Shown: one piece after another, positions 50,698 to 64,000 of the stretch
How the letters are laid out: each line of letters opens with the position of its first letter
Numbering within the stretch: position 1 is the first letter of the stretch
Source: Negaprion brevirostris
Taxonomy: Eukaryota
Assembly (NCBI GenBank): GCA_030324005.1
Contig: JARDVH010000001.1
Location: forward strand, 105,937,297-106,001,296
Length of the DNA: 64,000 nucleotides
Reading direction: 5' to 3'
Translations under genes and position numbers: made by a program
The notes under the pieces: generated by a model
Database searches by the model: none
The model's input: the letters and a program-made list of their open reading frames with translations, nothing else
What the model was told of the DNA's origin: nothing

Positions 50698-52099
50698 GTA
50701 AGGCAGCAATTGTTTTCATCAACAGAAAGTACAATTGGCTATCAAGTGGTGAGAGAAATCCAGACATGAAGCAAGAAGTTTTTTTTCTGTCCCTGCCCCC
50801 TCCCTCTCCCTCAGAGTATGAGGTTCTCTGACAGTGGAACTTCAGAGCTCATCCTCCTTACCATATGTCTAACTGAGGAACAAAATAGGGGCACTCTCAA
50901 TGCTGGGAGTAAACTATAGATCCATAAACAGTCAGAGAGCGATAGAAAAGCATGTATGTAGACAAGTTGCTGAGAAAGGGCAGTAAAGTTAAGAGGCTTC
51001 AATTACCCTAATATTTATTGGGATAAATTCAATATAAATGTATTCTAGAAAATATTCGAAGCCACTGCAATAAGAGAAGAAGCAGTTTTAGTCTCGGTTG
51101 AGGGAATGAATCTAGATAGCTGGGAGAACATTTTAATTGCAGTGATCACAATTAAGTTAAATTTACTGCAGTTATGGAAAAAGAGAAATATACCACCAAG
51201 ATTAAAGATTCTTTTTTAGCCACCATTGATGTGATGGGCTGAATGGCCTCCTTCTGTACTGTAACTGTTTTTATGTCTCCCACAACAGCCGTTGAAACAC
51301 AGATATGCCAGGCAGCACTGGGTCACAGTCCTGTGCCCTCAGTGCCCAGCCTGAATATCATTAGCAGAGGGCTTGTCGATATTCAGTGATCGCTAATCCC
51401 TTTAATGGCCATGTGCCTTGCAAACAAATTTTGGAGGACTTACGGAAGCAATTAGTGGGTATTCAAGTGCATTCTTTGAAGAATCAGTATATCCATGAAT
51501 AAGTATGACCCCAGTGCCCACTGAATTACTCTCACTGGCTTTTTGTCTTGTATTTCTTTTGCAAATGACACAAATGTTGAAAGGGTTAGAACCATTATTC
51601 ACACGTATTTGGCAAACTTTATTTGTCAGAGCTACTGAAGTGACGTGCATCTTCTATAGCTGCACACACAAAAGATGCTGAGACTTTGCAACTCTAATTA
51701 GAATTAGTGACATGAAAAAATGAAAATACCAAAGCATTAGATTATCACAAATATTTATAGTTTCTGAAGAGAGAATGTTTCCAGAAAATACTGAAGCTGC
51801 TTTGATAAACGTCCAGATATTCCACACTGGATTGTATCGATGTATCCAAGTGAAGTGTAAATAATGAGTACTCACGAAATTGGCTGAGTGTACCAGGTTT
51901 ATTCAGTGAAATTGTTCATATTGGTGCAACTCCCCATCATCTGTACTGATTAATTTAGTGTTGAGCTCTTCACGTAGCTTTAGCACACAGATGCCCAGAA
52001 GCTGTTTCTGTCATTTAAACAGCGTGCAAATAAACTGTGTAAAAGCCCTTGGCATATTCCACTTCAGATTTCTGTAAACATCCGAAGTGTAGAATCCTC

Positions 52100-52234
52100 T
52101 TCCCTCTCCCCATTCCGCTCGCTCTCTCCTGTCCTGCTCGCTCTCCCCGTTCCTGTCCTGCTCGCTCTCCCCATCCCCGTCCCGCTCACTCTCCCTCCCA
52201 TCCCGCTCGCTCTCCACCCCCGGTCCCCGTCCCC
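52100..52234. repeat. C-rich degenerate tandem repeat (CCTG/CCCG CTCGCTCTCC-type units) running into an N gap
   Basis: Repeated CTCGCTCTCC..GTCC units. Confidence 0.8.
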
Positions 52235-52824
52235 NNNNNNNNNNNNNNNNNNNNNNNNNNNNNNNNNNNNNNNNNNNNNNNNNNNNNNNNNNNNNNNNNN
52301 NNNNNNNNNNNNNNNNNNNNNNNNNNNNNNNNNNAGCCATTCTCTTGTCATCTCTAAATTGGATTATTTCAATGCTCTCTTGATTAGCCCTCCAGTCTTC
52401 ACACTCCATAAAGATCAGTATTCTACTGCCCACATCTTAATATGCAACAAATTATGCTAATCTATCATCTTGCAATGCCTCAAATGTAAAAGTCTCTTTA
52501 CGAATAGAAGTTACTGTTATTGGTGAATGTAATGACAATGGTTTGCCAATATGAAAAGAGTCACTTAGCGTTATAAAGGGAACGTTGGGACATTGCAGTA
52601 TTTTTACATGAAAGCTGACAAGATTAAAGGATAAAAACAGTATTCAAGATCAGGGATGGTAATGGTAAAGAGCAACAGATCATTTTCATGTNNNNNNNNN
52701 NCAGGCACAAATGCAATATTAAATATGCAAATGTTAACATTAAGTGCACATTTTAAATGTGCTCCACTGTTCACCTTGATGCTTGCTTTACCATGAACAC
52801 AACTGTAAATGCGAGGCAGCTTAC

Positions 52825-52917
52825 CCCATGAACCTGCCCCTCATATTCACAGACATTATGGGTCCTCAAGGTACATTCAGGGCAGCAATCATTTGGACTT
52901 ATTTTGAAAACTTCACC
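52825..52917 (-). CDS. FRAS1: FRAS1 coding exon (~exon 4): GEVFKISPNDCCPECTLRTHNVCEYEGQVHG
   Basis: ag|GGT acceptor, GGG|gtaag donor, 93 nt, phase 0-0; CCPEC VWC motif; matches recalled human GEVLQIAANQCCPECVLRTPGSC. Confidence 0.95.
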
Positions 52918-55900
52918 CTTATAATGAGAAGAACAAAGCATGAGTTATAAAATATAATCCATATATCTAAGATAGAATGCAGTTCCAGGAATATTTTTCA
53001 CAATTAAAAGACAGTAGTTGTTGAACATTAATGGTATCTTCAGCAATAATTTTTAAGTTACTCCTTTTATGAAGATATAAACAAATTATCAACTACTTTT
53101 AAAGTAATGCTTTTATTACATATTGTAGATAAATTTGCTGTTCCTAATAATCTAAGAGTACAGCATGCAGGGTAATATGTTTCCTAATATTTTCACCAGG
53201 ATTTCAGCAAAACATAATGCCAGCCATATAAATGTGTGTCAATCTAGTGTTAAATTACATTTCTTTTCCACCCAAAAGTAAACTGTGTCAACAGAGAGCT
53301 GTTGAGCATCTTACTAGAAGGATCTTACACTGATGATTAAAGGTCAACCGTTAGCGGTGCACATTGTGTGGTCAGTTTGAGGCAATAAATTACACAACTT
53401 GCACCATACAACACTGAAGGAAATTGGCTGAAGTATAATTTTTTTGACCTCCTTGAGTGGTTTGACACCGATATATCAAATCAATCTGAGGACAGCAATC
53501 AAAACTTGCTCTGTTGTTTTCTAAAATGTTATGCCACTTGACACCAATTCAGGAAGAGGCAGAACAAGAACACAATACTATCATTTAAAGGACTGCACAC
53601 CACTGAAGGGCTGAATGGGTTCTTAACTGGAGAAGTGAAATGACCCCTACAGCAGAGGCAAAAAGTGAGCATTTAATTTATCCAAGGCTGATGTGGAAGT
53701 GCTTTAGTCTCAGATTAAACAATAAAATGATGCCTGTTGGAGACCCAGGGAGCAAGTCATCACGAGCAGTGTAGAAGGAGATAATGACAGCTGTGAGCGG
53801 GAGTTCAAGAATTCCAAGGAACCCTTTATAGTGTCAGATGAAGTTTAACTCACAAAGTTAGTACAGTAAGAATGTTGTCAGATAAATAACAGCACAGCTT
53901 CAAGAATAACAGATACTCTCTGGCACAATAGTCAACCAGTGCCTTTTCCCTTTAGGGTATGATAATGGCACCATGTTCCTTTTCTCAGCAACAAAGTCAC
54001 CGGACAGCACTCGTGTCATTCTCTCACATTCCAGCATACTAGACCCTTGCTCCCTTTCACCTATCATGATGACCACCCATTTCCAAAACCCTGACTGACT
54101 GTGATTACAGGATCTGGGATCCTGCAATTAAATGCAGGAATGCCAGAAACTGTTAAAGCACAGAGAGAAAGTGCACAGGTCCAACATTAAAATCATATAA
54201 AGGAGAAACAACTGCAACCATTGGCTTTGGTGCCAAAACCCAGGATCTGTTTACAGGCTCAGGTTGAATGGCCACAATCTGGGTACTGAAATAGATCACT
54301 GAACTTAATAGGGCGAGTCAAACTGCAGTGGGGAATGATCTGTGATAGAATAAATTGAGTGCATAAAATAACCAACTTATAAATGGGAAATTGCCTGAAC
54401 TTATAAGAGGTACATAAGTTTAATTTTGACAAGGTGGTGGTATTGGAAATAAAGCCTGTACTGAGTAAATGTTATCTGTGGTAATCCTCATGTTCACATG
54501 TAAAGTTTGTTGATTCATTGTATGTAAATACTAATATGTTGGGAGTTAATCTTTCTGAAAAGCTCAGGGCTCTGGAGAGTGTCAATGACTTTACAACAAA
54601 TGACGGGAGTTTTTCTAGTAGTTATTATAAGAGTTAAAAAGCTCAAAGGGGAAAAATGAACCATTTGTGTAAATTATGTTATTCATAAATAAATTGATAA
54701 AATAGACAGAATGATGGAAGAGTTTACATTGTGTTAATTGGGTCAAAGACAAACATAGCATGTGTGTACCAGGTGATAGATTGAGCTGTGAAGTTTAAAT
54801 CTAAAAATGGTAACTGTGACAAAAATGTGCTTATTATTCAAATTTGGATCANNNNNNNNNNNNNNNNNNNNNNNNNNNNNNNNNNNNNNNNNNNNNNNNN
54901 NNNNNNNNNNNNNNNNNNNNNNNNNNNNNNNNNNNNNNNNNNNNNNNNNNNNNNNNNNNNNNNNNNNNNNNNNNNNNNNNNNNNNNNNNNNNNNNNNNNN
55001 NNNNNNNNNNNNNNNNNNNNNNNNNNNNNNNNNNNNNNNNNNNNNNNNNNNNNNNNNNNNNNNNNNNNNNNNNNNNNNNNNNNNNNNNNNNNNNNNNNNN
55101 NNNNNNNNNNNNNNNNNNNNNNNNNNNNNNNNNNNNNNNNNNNNNNNNNNNNNNNNNNNNNNNNNNNNNNNNNNNNNNNNNNNNNNNNNNNNNNNNNNNN
55201 NNNNNNNNNNNNNNNNNNNNNNNNNNNNNNNNNNNNNNNNNNNNNNNNNNNNNNNNNNNNNNNNNNNNNNNNNNNNNNNNNNNNNNNNNNNNNNNNNNNN
55301 NNNNNNNNNNNNNNNNNNNNNNNNNNNNNNNNNNNNNNNNNNNNNNNNNNNNNNNNNNNNNNNNNNNNNNNNNNNNNNNNNNNNNNNNNNNNNNNNNNNN
55401 NNNNNNNNNNNNNNNNNNNNNNNNNNNNNNNNNNNNNNNNNNNNNNNNNNNNNNNNNNNNNNNNNNNNNNNNNNNNNNNNNNNNNNNNNNNNNNNNNNNN
55501 NNNNNNNNNNNNNNNNNNNNNNNNNNNNNNNNNNNNNNNNNNNNNNNNNNNNNNNNNNNNNNNNNNCTGTCTAACCAACTGAGCTAATCAGCACCTATAC
55601 TTTTCTCTATCTCTCGCAAGTTATTGGCCATTCACACACCCTGGGCTAGATTTAATGGCAACAGTGGCGACTCCATCCAATGGCCAGAAAGATGTTTTAG
55701 GAAGCCACAACAAAATTCATGCCCATTAGGTAATTAGCTATTTGGCATTCGGGCTTCCATCCCTTTAAGTGTGAAGATTCAAAAACTGCCAGCCAATCAG
55801 GTGGCCAACAATTCTTCAGTCCTAAAAGCAGTGCCACATCTGGTACTGCAGCAAACCCAGACTAGCAATATGGAGGAATGCTGGCAAGCAAGGTTAAGTG

Positions 55901-57254
55901 GGTCAGGCTCACCAGGACCAATCAGACAGGCCAGTGTTTTGCAACACGCATCTGAGATGTCAGATCTTCAGGATAGCAGCTGGAAGGAGCGTCAGACTAC
56001 AGCAGGAAATGCTTGTGAACATCAACAAAGTGAATATTTCTATAAATAGCTGCAATTAAATCAATGAAATACTTGATGTAAAGGTACTTGGAAAGGTGCT
56101 TGGTTCTCCTGTAAGAAATTGGAGAACTGGTAATGTGCCAATTTTGTGGCTAAGAACTAGGATGTCATGGTTAACTGTGAGGAACAAGGATTTTATTCCG
56201 ACCACTGGGAGATTATTGAGAAGTTGCAGCTCTTTGATGGGCTGAGACTTCCAGGTAAACGTGAATCTGATTCTTTCTGTTGCTGAATTAGATTATCAGC
56301 ATTACCATTATTGGGCTCTGACATTTCCAGTATATTTACGATCAGAACATTCTGACTTGTAAAAATAGGAAGCACAAAACATGCTGGCACAAATTGTCAG
56401 ACAGGACTAAGTGCATCCAAAAAAGCACCCCAACAGTTTGCTCAATTCGTGACTGTATCTGTATGCATGCTTCATTATAGGGCTTTTCTTCAATACTAGG
56501 GACCTTAAAAGTAAGGCACGATGGGCAATCGTCATGAGTATCCCTCATCACCCAACAGACAGGCTCTTGAAATAGTGCTGAGACACTTGACTAACATAGA
56601 ATAGAAGCATCACAACAGCTTCCAGCGTGCTGTGAATTCACATGAAAGAAGTTTTGTCTGACATTACAGGTGGTCTGCACACTTAGAGGTTCATATAAAT
56701 AAGAGAATTTTGGGCCACAATGTCAAATTGATGCAACTAATAACTTCCACAACTCTGGAGAGCCCATAATTTCAAAAATTTGTTTTGTCCTTTAAATTAT
56801 TTCCACAACTTCTGTTGTAGTAATTTTACAAATCTGGATGTCTCTATTGTCTACATCAATATCCAGATTCTTATTGTATACAGGGAACAGAAATCTGTGC
56901 AACATTATTATCTAGTTTTAACCATTCTAAACTGTTACTGAGGTATGCAAGATAAAAACTGATATGGAAGGGGCCATCTGGAATAGTACATGAAGGTAAA
57001 CAGTGAGAGATTGCAAATGGACACGGTTCAGACAAGTAAAAGGTAAACTTGTGGACAGTATGAGGGGTTTCTTCTTCACTGAGACTGAGCAACACTTGGA
57101 AAAAACTGCGGACAGAGTAGTGCAAGAAATAAAACACAAGATTGTTTAAGAAATAATCAGATTCAGTCATGGGAGATTGTGTCTAGAAACACATGAGGCA
57201 GGTGAAAGACATGCTTATATCATCTGTTTCTGTAGCTGATCTTTCTTGGAACAG

Positions 57255-57500
57255 ATTGCTAGCCTGAAGTCAGAAGCTATAGCTTGAGGGACACCACTCC
57301 ACATCCAGCATAGGTGATCAGGGGACTCTCCTACTCATATTGCTTGCCACTGGTGTATTGGAAGAGTTTGCAGGTTGACAATCAACTAGTTTGGCCAAAT
57401 TATGAATGTGCCTTCAGTGGCCGAAATTTCCTAGCATGAGTTTCAAACTTGGATCTTCTGGCTCAGAGGCAAGAATACCACCCACATTGCCACAAGACAC
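57255..57500 (-). mobile_element. Second tRNA-derived SINE family; related copies at ~6320-6550, 11360-11560, 14420-14690
   Basis: Shared CTATAGCTTGAGGG..CCAC..CACAT and (G/C)TTCTGGCTCAGAGGCA..ACC.ACTG..CCACAAGAC, the reverse complement of a tRNA-like head. Confidence 0.6.
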
Positions 57501-58735
57501 TGCAGCACTGCTTTGGATCGATAAATTAACATGGTCCAAATGGTCGGGATCTTATGATATAAAATAGGAAGTGCACAGGCAACTCCTTGCTCTCTTTGCA
57601 TTTTCACAAGAAAAATAAAATATATATCTGTCAACTATGCCTTATTCTCAATACCACACATGAAGACCTCAAATCTCTATTTTTCAAGTGTGTGGGTGGT
57701 GACACATTGTTTCTTACTTCACCTCAAGGCACTGATTCAGTTCACTTGGTTGGCAGCTTCACTCTGCTGAATAAACATTAGTTTCTTGCCAGCATGGATT
57801 TTCACTTTCGTGCAGGAAATTCCATGCAGGTGAGTGAACAGCATGGCCCAAACACTGCATTTGTTTAATCCATGTTGGACAAGCAGTTCCAATCGAAAAA
57901 TTCTGTGACCGTTGCCACAACCTTGTCTCATGTGGAATAACCATGACTGGCAAGACTCTGTTGTGGATTTTTATCCACTATCCTGCTCAAAATTTATGTC
58001 AAAGTGCTAGTTTTCCTTCCAGGTGATAATGGCAATTTGCATAGGGCCAAGTCAGAGGAAGCTCCCTCACCAGTAAACATGGTGTCTGACAGAGTGAGTG
58101 GTGATCGGAAGGTGGGGTGTGCGCAGTGAGGCTGGGAGAGGAGATGGTGAGGGGTGAGGGTAGGGGCCATTCCAAAACTGAGAAATTCTTTAGCTCCTTC
58201 CTGCCTATCATCCAGGGATTTGGACACCACAGAAGAACCCACCTTATACATCAGCTTTAAAGATGAAAGAATTGCCCTACCTGGAGTCTTGGCCTGGATC
58301 TTCAACTGGGCTCCCCTTAAAATTGCAGACACTACCCTGATAGGTCAATCTTTAGCACCAGTAACCCAACTGAGTTCCTACGCAGCTCACTGGCAGCAGA
58401 TTGCACATCCATTTTGTCCAGCCGGTGTCCAGGATGTAACTAAAAGGCCACAGGCAACCAAAGTTCTGGTAACAAAGTGCCCCTGCCATGATCTCAGATC
58501 ATCGGTTATGTTAAGAATGGAGATCAATGGCTCCTGCTCCTTTTCCCTAGGGGTGTAAATTTTCAGTTCTCAACAGACAGATTGTAAATGAAACACAATT
58601 ATTCAGGTATACTGTACATTTTCAATGATCTTATAAACCTGCAAAACATAGTCCACGAACTAACATCTTTAAACTAGATTCACATTACTCACCTTCCATG
58701 TCAAAGGTATTAACAATACATAACTACATAATTAC

Positions 58736-58843
58736 CTTCTGAAAATCACACTGAGGATTTTGACACTGGGTAACCGTGCAGAGGACAATATCACTGTGGC
58801 AGCTGCAATCTTGGCAAGAGTCTGGCTTCCAAACAGTATTATT
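58736..58843 (-). CDS. FRAS1: FRAS1 coding exon (~exon 3), VWC1 N-part: NNTVWKPDSCQDCSCHSDIVLCTVTQCQNPQCDFQK
   Basis: Manual reverse-complement translation; cag|AAT acceptor, AAG|gtaat donor, 108 nt, phase 0-0; matches recalled human DATIWKPDSCQSCRCHGDIVICKPAVCRNPQCAFEK. Confidence 0.95.
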
Positions 58844-61800
58844 CTGTAGAAAAGGGCAGAAAAGTTAGACATTTAAGACATGTCAATATTCCCAGATTNN
58901 NNNNNNNNNNNNNNNNNNNNNNNNNNNNNNNNNNNNNNNNNNNNNNCTACACATTAGACACTCAGCATTTTGTGAGCCAGTCCATACATGCACAAAGAGG
59001 ACCAAGCAATTCTCTCATGAATGCCACTTCTGCCCTATTGCTTACATGGTTTTAAGTGATTCCATCTCTGCAGATTGTCAGCAGACATTCTTGCAAAACA
59101 CTCATTCTCACCATGGTCATTTCAGAAGCTCAGAGAAACAATAGCGCACAAAGGCGAGGTGGAAGAGGGATGAGAAGGGTAATGGGAATGGGAGGGGCAA
59201 AGTCAAAAGAGAGAACCTAGGAATGACTCCTTTGGAGTGACGAGGGGAGAATCAGGAAGAACTATTTAAAAGGAGAAATGAAAGGCAAAATAAGAGCAGC
59301 AACATGGGAAGGAAAATGCAAGGGTGAGGGGAATTGAAAACAATCAGGGACCAAAATGATTTACGAGATTGGAAAGACAGTGTGAAAAATAAATAATTAC
59401 ATTTGGTGAGACTAGGGAAGGAGCATGAATGTTCTATAAATTTAATGGTGTAAATCTACAGGATTTTGTGTGTTGTAAATTCACAAGATTTTGGGTATTC
59501 GTTGGGCTTATTACTGTAACCAGTACACAGCAAACGTCAGTGGTTAAAAATAATGCAAGTATAATCCTGAGATGGACGGAAAACAATCATAAGATGTGAT
59601 ATTGAGACAACGACTGGTGTGCCCTCATTTAAACCACTGCATGCATTTCTAGTCACTTTATTACACATCTGACATCTGGCATTACACACACTCGATTCTA
59701 CTAATCGCCTACTATAATTTCCACAGAAACCCCAGAGAAGCGCCATCTACACCGTTTCTTCAAAGTCTGCAATAAAGCTATTGGAATATCCACTGCGGAA
59801 ATTCCAGCTAAAGAAATGATGCAAGACTGAAAAGCAATCTTACTGTGGTATTCAAGATCCTTAAGAATAATGTTGCCAAAACTTCAAATTTCTTCACCCA
59901 TGTGTTTTAGGAATAATTATTTTAGGTTGATGTGAGAAGATACTGAATCAACTGAGTGATACATTGACTTTTAAAACCAAGCTACAAATGTGCAATAGTC
60001 CACCTACTGCAGACACAAGCCACAAACATAAATTGCTGACATAAATTGCCGAGGTGGGTACAGCCAATCAGAAGGCTGTAATTCAGTGTTGCTGAGCCAA
60101 TGGGGGACAAAGAAGGGTTAGGGTTAAGGTGAAGGTTAGGGTTACCAAAAAAAAATGTATATAAGGCTCGACTTTTCAGAGCAAGCGCTCTCACCTTTTT
60201 GAATGTAGTTATCTTGTTTGAAGCGATAAAATTCGATCCGAACTTAGTGCCAGACTTTGTCTCTTATTGAAAATATGAGAACCCAACAGTTGATGACTGA
60301 AGTTTTAAATATAAGATAATGGAAGCACTTAGGTTCCGGAGGCTGGTAAACAAATTTAAAATAATTGCAAAAAAGGATGGTCTGTTTTTGTTTAACAAGG
60401 TCAGAGCTGCAAGTGGTAAAATAGTGAACAATGAGTGAGCACTTTCTGAGACTTGTGGAGATGTTAAAATAACCACAGTTCTCCTCATAAAGGAGTTAAG
60501 TTATTTGTATGATTTCCCACTACAAGGACAAGTTTGGGAACATGAGATAATGAGTTTGAACGTTTTACTCTATTTTGAACAATCTGCAACATTTGGGTGA
60601 TTGCTGTTATAAAAATGTTAGGGGTAAAGAGCTGTATGACATCTCTGCAATAAACTGCCTTTTTTTTGCATTGTATTACTTTTTGGATACAGGGAATTTT
60701 CTTTGTATTTTGGATTAATCCCAATAAAATTGATCTTATATGTACAAAAAAAAATCTCTATCTGGGTCATCATAGTGGTACCATGTTGCTGAGGAGATAA
60801 ATCGCTGGGAGGTGTTTTTCTTGGTTTGGGGTTTAATCTAGCTGTTTTCTCATTGGCAGTTGCAGTCAGAAACTGGTAGCAACTTTGAAAAGCAGAGAGA
60901 GAAATCTGCCAGGTGCTGTAGACAAGAAGCAATGGACAATAAGAATTCAGGATGTTTTTTGATTTTGGAATCACTGGGCATGACTGCAGCAATGCCTATA
61001 TCTGAGCTGAGGTGTCCATAATCATGAGGTGCTTAAGGAGAATTGGAAATTCACCTAACTTGATGCTAATGGCAACACCTCAAGAAGCATCATACCTAGG
61101 GGAATAGTGAGAACAAGGAAGGAAATCAAAGTGAATCCCTAAGTGATGTACAAAACTGGTTTGGTCCCAGGAAAAGTGAAGAAGTCTTCAACATTCTGTA
61201 AAACACAGGGTAACTATAGGGTGGAAATAAAAGTAGAACACAAAGTGGTCTGTCAAGATTTTTGGGTTTAAAATCGAAGGCCTCGATTATACCATCAAGT
61301 TGCACCTATTTTTGGGCATGAAAAATTGGTAAAATCAGGCATGAGGCGAGTAGTGCAATCCGCACCCGCCTCTGTGCCAGTTCCCCCTTTATCAAGGCCC
61401 AAAAACGGCTGCATGCATTTAAATTGACTTAATGGGCTGCACGTCCAATTTTACCAGCACTTCCCCCTTTGCCACTGTGTTCGCCCATCCAGAATTGGCA
61501 AGAAACAGACATGCCACATCTACTGTCACTCTGCCTGAGACTGGGGAGAAGAGGCCTCCACTGCCACTGTGCCTGAGATCGGTGAGGGGAAAAAGGGAGA
61601 GGAGAGGACCAATAATGCTGTGGGGATGGGGCAATGTGTGGGGGCGAGGGGGAGGCATTATCCAGCCTAGGAAGGACGTGGCAGAGGAGCAGCATTCTAT
61701 CTTTTTTTTTCTGCCCATGCGCAGTTGTTTCAGATTCATTAAGCCCCGCCTACAGGCTTGTGCAGCGTGATTCAGACTCGCTGCTATTTTTGCAGGCAGA

Positions 61801-61999
61801 GTGCATATGGGGGTGCCGGAGAATGGGTCCAGAAGTCAGATCTGAAACACTCCCAGTTTCAAAACTGCCTAGCACTTAGAACCAAAATTGTTAAATATGG
61901 CCCAAAGCGTCTACAAAGGGATTTAGATAGCTGAAGTAAAAAAATTGGCAGATGAAGTAATGTACTTTGGCAGGGAGGATAGAAAAGCAGCATATGAGC

Positions 62000-64000
62000 G
62001 AGAGTAGGCAATTCAGCTCTTCAAGCCTGCTCTGTCATTCCATATGATCAGAGTTGATCTCCATCTTATCCAAACTCCATTTCCCAATAGTCCTTTATCC
62101 CGCTTTTGATTGGATTTTATCTAACTCTTTCTTGTATCCATTGGTTGATTCTGCAAACATTGCCGTTTGGGGGTGAGTTCCATAGATTCACAATCCTTTG
62201 TGAGAAGTAGCTTTCCCTTAACGCTGTCTTGAACCTCCCTCCCCACTTACTGTACAATATGGCCTCTTGTCCTGGGCTGTTCTGGAAAGGGGAACATTTG
62301 GTTAACATTTACTTTATCAATCCAGTTGCCCTTTGCCCTTTTATTTTCCAGCCAAAATGGATAACCTCGCATTCATCCACATTAAGCTCCATCTGCCAGA
62401 TTCTGGCCGATTCCCCTAGCCTGCCAATATTCATTTGTAAACTTTTTATCACCTCATCACAGCCTGCTTTTACATTTATTTTTATGTCATCAGCAAATTT
62501 TGCTATGTTACCTGTCATTGCTTTTAAATCATTGATATAGATTGTAAATAGTTGTGGTCTGAGAACTGAACCATGTGGGACCCCACTAATTAGAGACCGC
62601 CAACTGGAGAAGAACTCATTTATCCCAACCCTCTGCTTTCTACCAGTCAGCTAATCCACACTCCGAGCCACTAACGTACCTCCAANNNNNNNNNNCACCT
62701 TCTGAATCAGTCTCGTGTGGCATCTTATCAAATGCCTTCTGAAAGTCCAGGTAGATCACCTTCACAGGATCCCCATTCTCTACTTTGCTGGTTACACCCT
62801 CAAAGAACTCCAGCAGGTTTGTCAAACAAGACTTGCCCTTCATAAAATCATGCTGACATTGATGAATTGAGCTTTGCTTTTCCAGATGTTCCTTAATGAG
62901 TAACTCCAGCAACTTTCCCACCATTGAGGTCAAGGCGACTGGTCTATAGTTTCCCACTTTTTGCCTCTCTCCTTTCTTGAATAAGGGCGTCACATTAGCA
63001 CGTCTCAGGTCTACGATACCTTTCCAGAATCCAGAGAATTTTGGAATATCATAACTAATGCATCCACTATCTCTACAGTCACTTCCTTGAACACCCTAGG
63101 GCCATCAAGTCCCGAGGATTTATCTATTTTTAAACCTTTTAGTTTACTAAGTACCTGCCATCTGGTTATAGTAATTTCACCAAGTTCCACTATTAACTGC
63201 AGTTTTGGGTTAGAACTATTATGTTCCACTGTGAAGACAGAGACAAAGTATTGGTTTGGTGCCTCTACTATTTCCAAGTTTCCCATTATCACCGCATCAT
63301 TTCCATCCTCTAAAGAGCCAACATCTACTATCACTATTCTCTTCCTCTTAAAATACTTATAGAAACCTTTGGTGTCCATGTTTATGTTTTCAGCTAGCTT
63401 TTCAGAGTCCATTTTAGCATTTTTGATATTGTATATAGCTACCTTTTGTTGGCGTTTGAAGTTCTCCCAATCCTCTATGTTGCCACTAACTTTGGCAGTA
63501 TTGCATGCTCTGATCTTTTTTTCCCTGTTATCCTTGATTTCCTTATTAAGCTAATTAAGGATGATTTTTCACTATTTTGGCAATTCCTCTTTCTCTCAGG
63601 AATGTACCTTAGTTTGGATATCTTTAATATCTCCCTCGACAACTGCCATTTTTCTTCTACAGTCCTTCCCTTTCATATTCTTGCCCAATCCACTTGGGCC
63701 AATTCTTTCTTGAGGCTTGTGTAATTACCCTTGCTTAACGTTAAGACTCGAGTAGGTGACTCTGTTCTCTCACTTCCAATCTGAATTTGAAATTCTAACA
63801 TGCTGTGATCACTCTAAGTGGATCCTTAACTACAAGGCCATTAATCAATCCTTCCTCATTAGATAATATCAGGTCTAAAGTAGCCAGTTCTCTGGTTGGC
63901 TCCATAACATGCTGCTCTAAGAAACAGTCCTTCATACACTCTATGAACCCTTCCTCATGGCTATCCTTGCCAGGTTGGTTTATCCAGACAGTATGCATTT
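62000..64000 (-). mobile_element. CR1-type LINE, degenerate ORF2 (endonuclease end, reverse transcriptase, 3' end); runs off the window
   Basis: ORFs FLEQHVMEPTRE.ATLDLIL, KSSGLDG.RVFKE, TPLFKKG..NYRPVALTS.VGKLLE, KSCLTNLLEFFE, YLDFQKAFDK.PH, KFADD, FSQRIVNLWNS. Confidence 0.93.

Noticed and set aside
51545-51600. TTTGCAAATGAC (FAND) as a possible next RSK exon (xTPFANGP)
   Set aside because: Only three residues match; there is no acceptor in the right phase and no downstream DTPEEILARIG similarity.
55567-55596. tRNA-like 5' end on the minus strand (GGTGCTGATTAGCTCAGTTGGTTAGACAG)
   Set aside because: Truncated by the N gap; cannot be called a tRNA gene and is more likely a SINE head.
58844-64000. 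Search for the first FRAS1 exons (signal peptide, ACVY-like micro-exon) and promoter
   Set aside because: No convincing match by eye; they probably lie beyond the window, though a very short exon could be missed.

Overview
This is AT-rich, repeat-dense vertebrate genomic DNA from a gapped draft assembly. The repeat content (HE1/V-SINE-like and DeuSINE-like SINEs, CR1, L2, Penelope-like) points to a cartilaginous fish. The whole window lies inside a minus-strand FRAS1 (Fraser extracellular matrix complex subunit 1) gene. I reconstructed 12 coding exons with canonical AG/GT boundaries and compatible phases (58843 down to 2281, 1366 nt in total). They encode six VWC domains and the start of the furin-like repeats, roughly human exons 3-14 by my recollection of the human protein. 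The rest is intron filled with degenerate LINEs, SINEs, Gypsy remnants and MITE-like elements. Most ORFs in the supplied track are spurious, repeat-derived or span N gaps. Most notable observations: (1) a single intact RSK/RPS6KA kinase exon with its own splice sites on the antisense strand inside a FRAS1 intron; (2) a 74-nt near-perfect hairpin just downstream of a 39-nt micro-exon; (3) an exon that carries only the second half of the first furin-like repeat; (4) a local ~210-230 bp inverted duplication; (5) palindromic elements with degenerate hammerhead-like cores. No bacterial-type system (CRISPR, operon) is present.
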